In this document: positions 56,301-58,120 of the stretch, one piece after another
Numbering within the stretch: the first letter of the stretch is position 1
How the letters are laid out: each line of letters begins with the position of its first letter
Source of the DNA: a virus
Lineage: Duplodnaviria; Caudoviricetes
Virus record (IMG/VR): IMGVR_UViG_3300027969_000117
Span: 1 to 58,120 of that record
Length of the DNA stretch: 58,120 nt
Reading direction: 5' to 3' (one strand)
Program-made: the position numbers and the translations under genes
The notes under the pieces: generated by a model
What the model saw: the letters and a program-made list of their open reading frames with translations, nothing else
Told to the model about the DNA's origin: nothing
The model's database searches: none

Positions 56301-58120
56301 TTGGAGCTGTAGAAGCTTCACCAAATCTTTCAGCAAAACCGTCAGCATAGTATGTTCCTGCGCCACTCGATCCAGCTTGTGCCGAACTTCCGTTACTTGT
56401 TTTAAAGTATACTTCCGTCATTTGATCTTGACCGGTGCTAGCATTGTATCCTGACATTGCCGTGATCATCATACGGAAGGCATAACCGCCTTGACCTGTG
56501 GCCCAACGACCTAAATAGATCCACTGTGCCGAGCCTGCGTTTTGTCCAATTGTATATTTTAACGCAACACTAGAACTACCAGAGCCGCCACCACCTGTAA
56601 TAAATCCAGGTCCGTTAGTTAACTGTGATAAGTTAGTTAAGTTACCAGCGTTCCAATCTACATAATAAGCACCATTATAGAAGTATGGTTGACTTCCGGT
56701 CGAACTCCAACGGTAACCAGTGTTGGTTCTATCGTTCCATAAGTATGCGTCAGTTGTTGTAAACTGTAGGTATCCGTTATTAGTGCCGCTAGTCTTCATT
56801 CTGATATAAGGACTAGTTTGTGTACTGTCTATGATTACAGAATCAGCAACACTTGTATTAAGCGTTAATCTACCAGCAGTATCAAGACCTACTCCCAATG
56901 AAGCAGAATCGCCGTTTGGACGTAGAGCAACAGTTGTACCACCAATCCTAACTGGTTGATATGCGCTTGCTCCACGATCATAACCTAATATATACGCAAT
57001 GCCTCCGCTATATCCGACTTCTAACGCCGGGCCTGTATCCTGTGAACCATTGTACCAACCAGTAGCTCGCATCATACCCGCAGAACTTACGTCTTGCGCT
57101 GAACCCAAACTTGTACTTGTTCTAGCATTACCGGTAACGTCAAGTGTATATACCGGAGTTGTTAAGCCACCGACACGCATTTTGCCGCCACCACCTGCGG
57201 CATACACTGATCCAGCAACGTATGCCTGTAGTAATACAGAACCACCTGCGGTAGCACTGTCAATTGCTATATCTCCCTGACCATAACCTTTAATGTTAGC
57301 AGTTCCAGATGCTCTATCTAGATATAACAAATCACTACGATGATCAGTTAAGTCAATAACGGTACCTGAGCAGATTTGCCAAGTTAGAGGGGCCCCGCCC
57401 GACGGAATAGGACTTCCTGATACTGAGAAAAAGTGTGTACTACTAAATGTTCCACTATCACCGCAGATTACAACGTAAACATATTCTTCCCATTTACCTG
57501 TTCCAACGTTATTTGTTGCCCAGTAGCTTTGTCCGTTTGTACCAATCGAGTTACTGTGATAGTTAAGTGTATAACCAGTTGCTAGTTTTGCCTTAAATGT
57601 TGCCACAAGAATTGCATTAGCACGAGTGCTAGTACCAAAATAGAATCCACCATAGTTAGGACTTTGTCCACTGCCTGTATGTTGAACCTGTAGTACATAT
57701 CCACTTGTAGTTGGCGTTCCGGCAGGACTAGCAATTCTAGTTACTGTTGTTTGTCCTGTTGCGTTGTTGTCATACACAGCAACACTATTAACACCACTAA
57801 AGAAATTCTCGTCCTGGAATATCTTTTTACCTTGCGTGGCAATAGAAGTAAAACTAATTGTTGGAGCACCCGACAACGAAGTATCTGCTTGATTCCAATT
57901 AAATTTACTGTTAAACTTTAGGCCACCACCAATGTTAAGATTGGATCCATCAAATGTTAAGTTAGCACTACCAGCAACGTTGTTGCCACTGTCTCGATAT
58001 AAAACTTGGTTAGCACTACCAGTCGATAATCCAACACCAGACGCACCTGCGGCGCCTGTTGCGCCTGCTGGCCCTGTTGCACCCGTTGCGCCAGTAGCAC
58101 CTTGTGGGCCTGTGGCCCCT
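53377..58120 (-). CDS. long modular tail fibre with C-terminal S74 chaperone (5' end outside window)
   Basis: frame stays open to the window edge with collagen-like GATGPQ; six NLxNLSQLTNGPG-type linkers; WSDGRLKENL...IGLIAQDV. Confidence 0.9.
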   Translation of the reverse strand, partial: GATGPQGATGATGATGPAGATGAAGASGVGLSTGSANQVLYRDSGNNVAGSANLTFDGSNLNIGGGLKFNSKFNWNQADTSLSGAPTISFTSIATQGKKIFQDENFFSGVNSVAVYDNNATGQTTVTRIASPAGTPTTSGYVLQVQHTGSGQSPNYGGFYFGTSTRANAILVATFKAKLATGYTLNYHSNSIGTNGQSYWATNNVGTGKWEEYVYVVICGDSGTFSSTHFFSVSGSPIPSGGAPLTWQICSGTVIDLTDHRSDLLYLDRASGTANIKGYGQGDIAIDSATAGGSVLLQAYVAGSVYAAGGGGKMRVGGLTTPVYTLDVTGNARTSTSLGSAQDVSSAGMMRATGWYNGSQDTGPALEVGYSGGIAYILGYDRGASAYQPVRIGGTTVALRPNGDSASLGVGLDTAGRLTLNTSVADSVIIDSTQTSPYIRMKTSGTNNGYLQFTTTDAYLWNDRTNTGYRWSSTGSQPYFYNGAYYVDWNAGNLTNLSQLTNGPGFITGGGGSGSSSVALKYTIGQNAGSAQWIYLGRWATGQGGYAFRMMITAMSGYNASTGQDQMTEVYFKTSNGSSAQAGSSGAGTYYADGFAERFGEASTAPSIIRVVQVDQSTYDVYAYFGAFLGATSFYELVVGGGTWTNYCTVVTPSGNYIDLPIRTNYDSQNLTNLSQFTNGPGYVSAYYTSPLDFRGGSHMLHSSGTGASVINATTYSAQVGPATSRITTANSYYGGIAFNHLLNYAGGTLNADSTSYNAAPQAWIGTRLYDTPGSERDYLVFATKPGTGTSGTGNDLPVERMCIDPINGYVGINTLTPSYYLDVNGQMRVQGNNRTLYGPNSSWTQYLQIGGNGIDGSYAQIATTNGNLHLESLGSGYPIYLNYYRGGPVYARGGAYTVWDSGNLTNLSQLTNGPGYITSGSSFVYKGSITGGSQTEGALTSGWYTVGETGYSAALLHLAGIGGSTPAVQLYFQYNDNMWYRSARDSETQWDGTGRYSNLLWSSGNLSNLSQLTNGPGFLGKFGNSYYQLDTWLQTTGYHGLYSSLNGAHFYPNNASYGSWRIAGTRNGWGGLSFDASNGQVDLMILPTSNHTGFHNPSYGWQFFWSGGTMYIYKNNYGGGTQATSWDSSNLTSVSQLSNGSGFLVDNGTYTSLRRISDGNYGLGVAYNGNSAFFDTVDSGYDGDPLELVYYRGQGVRIGQGGNGSKELRAAYLYASGGPVWTSGGWNSLSNLNQLSNGPGFIGDIRGSSNTWTSYNYFQANSTFATYYNGSGNSFALQAYSTGNYTASMSLHRGGYYATNFGLDADNVVRIGGWSAAANRWQLDMGGTMYAAAQIYTYSGSPVLSQEGTSYYRVHTWLQIDGSTGLYAPSSGGGTHWYPQTGTYGSWRLEGSTNGWYGVYNYNTSNIWMTAGHYFGGMYSNGYGNWLYYTESRNFYSPGHVMAGWSDGRLKENLRPIGYEALEILGKMTTYRFDWNEKATVLYDYLTPGKEEIGLIAQDVQAALPDAVGVNRASNDPDLPVDSPDQPDYLSINYNKITPILVQAVNQLRLHISEMKEEMDAMKAEITDLKGQLNGKDNK

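Noticed and set aside
1-58120. Stop-codon reassignment
   Set aside because: Conserved genes are intact in the standard code, and TAA, TGA and TAG all terminate plausible genes.

Overview
A 58 kb segment of a large T4-related myophage (jumbo-phage-like gene set); no host-chromosome, rRNA, tRNA or CRISPR features were seen. (1) 1-~9960 is an early region of ~35 short, mostly uncharacterised + strand ORFs and an AAA ATPase, built as cassettes headed by 19 near-consensus sigma70 promoters (TTGACA-17-TATAAT) and a shared AC-rich/AAGGAGC leader. (2) ~9960-10230 is a palindrome-rich non-coding junction. (3) 10.2-20.3 kb carries two Gly-rich adhesin-like paralogs, a collagen-like fibre with an S74 chaperone, a glycosyltransferase-like protein, a HAD nucleotidase, a nucleotidyltransferase and a YqgE/AlgH homolog. 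(4) 20.4-33.1 kb is a replication/recombination block: gp41-like helicase, primase, a ~193 aa DnaE-like polymerase core, gp62-like subunit, UvsW, UvsY, UvsX and gp32. (5) 33.2-58.1 kb covers packaging and virion genes: terminase, gp4, tube, 1278 aa sheath, gp13/14/15-like proteins and a modular tail fibre that runs off the window. The most unusual signals are a 738 nt stretch over two early genes with no TC or CC on the coding strand, a structured RNA candidate carrying two copies of the exact antisense of the early-gene SD leader, and pervasive leaderless late genes (TAAATA-N5/6-ATG). Protein calls come from motif recognition and gene order only; no database search was run.
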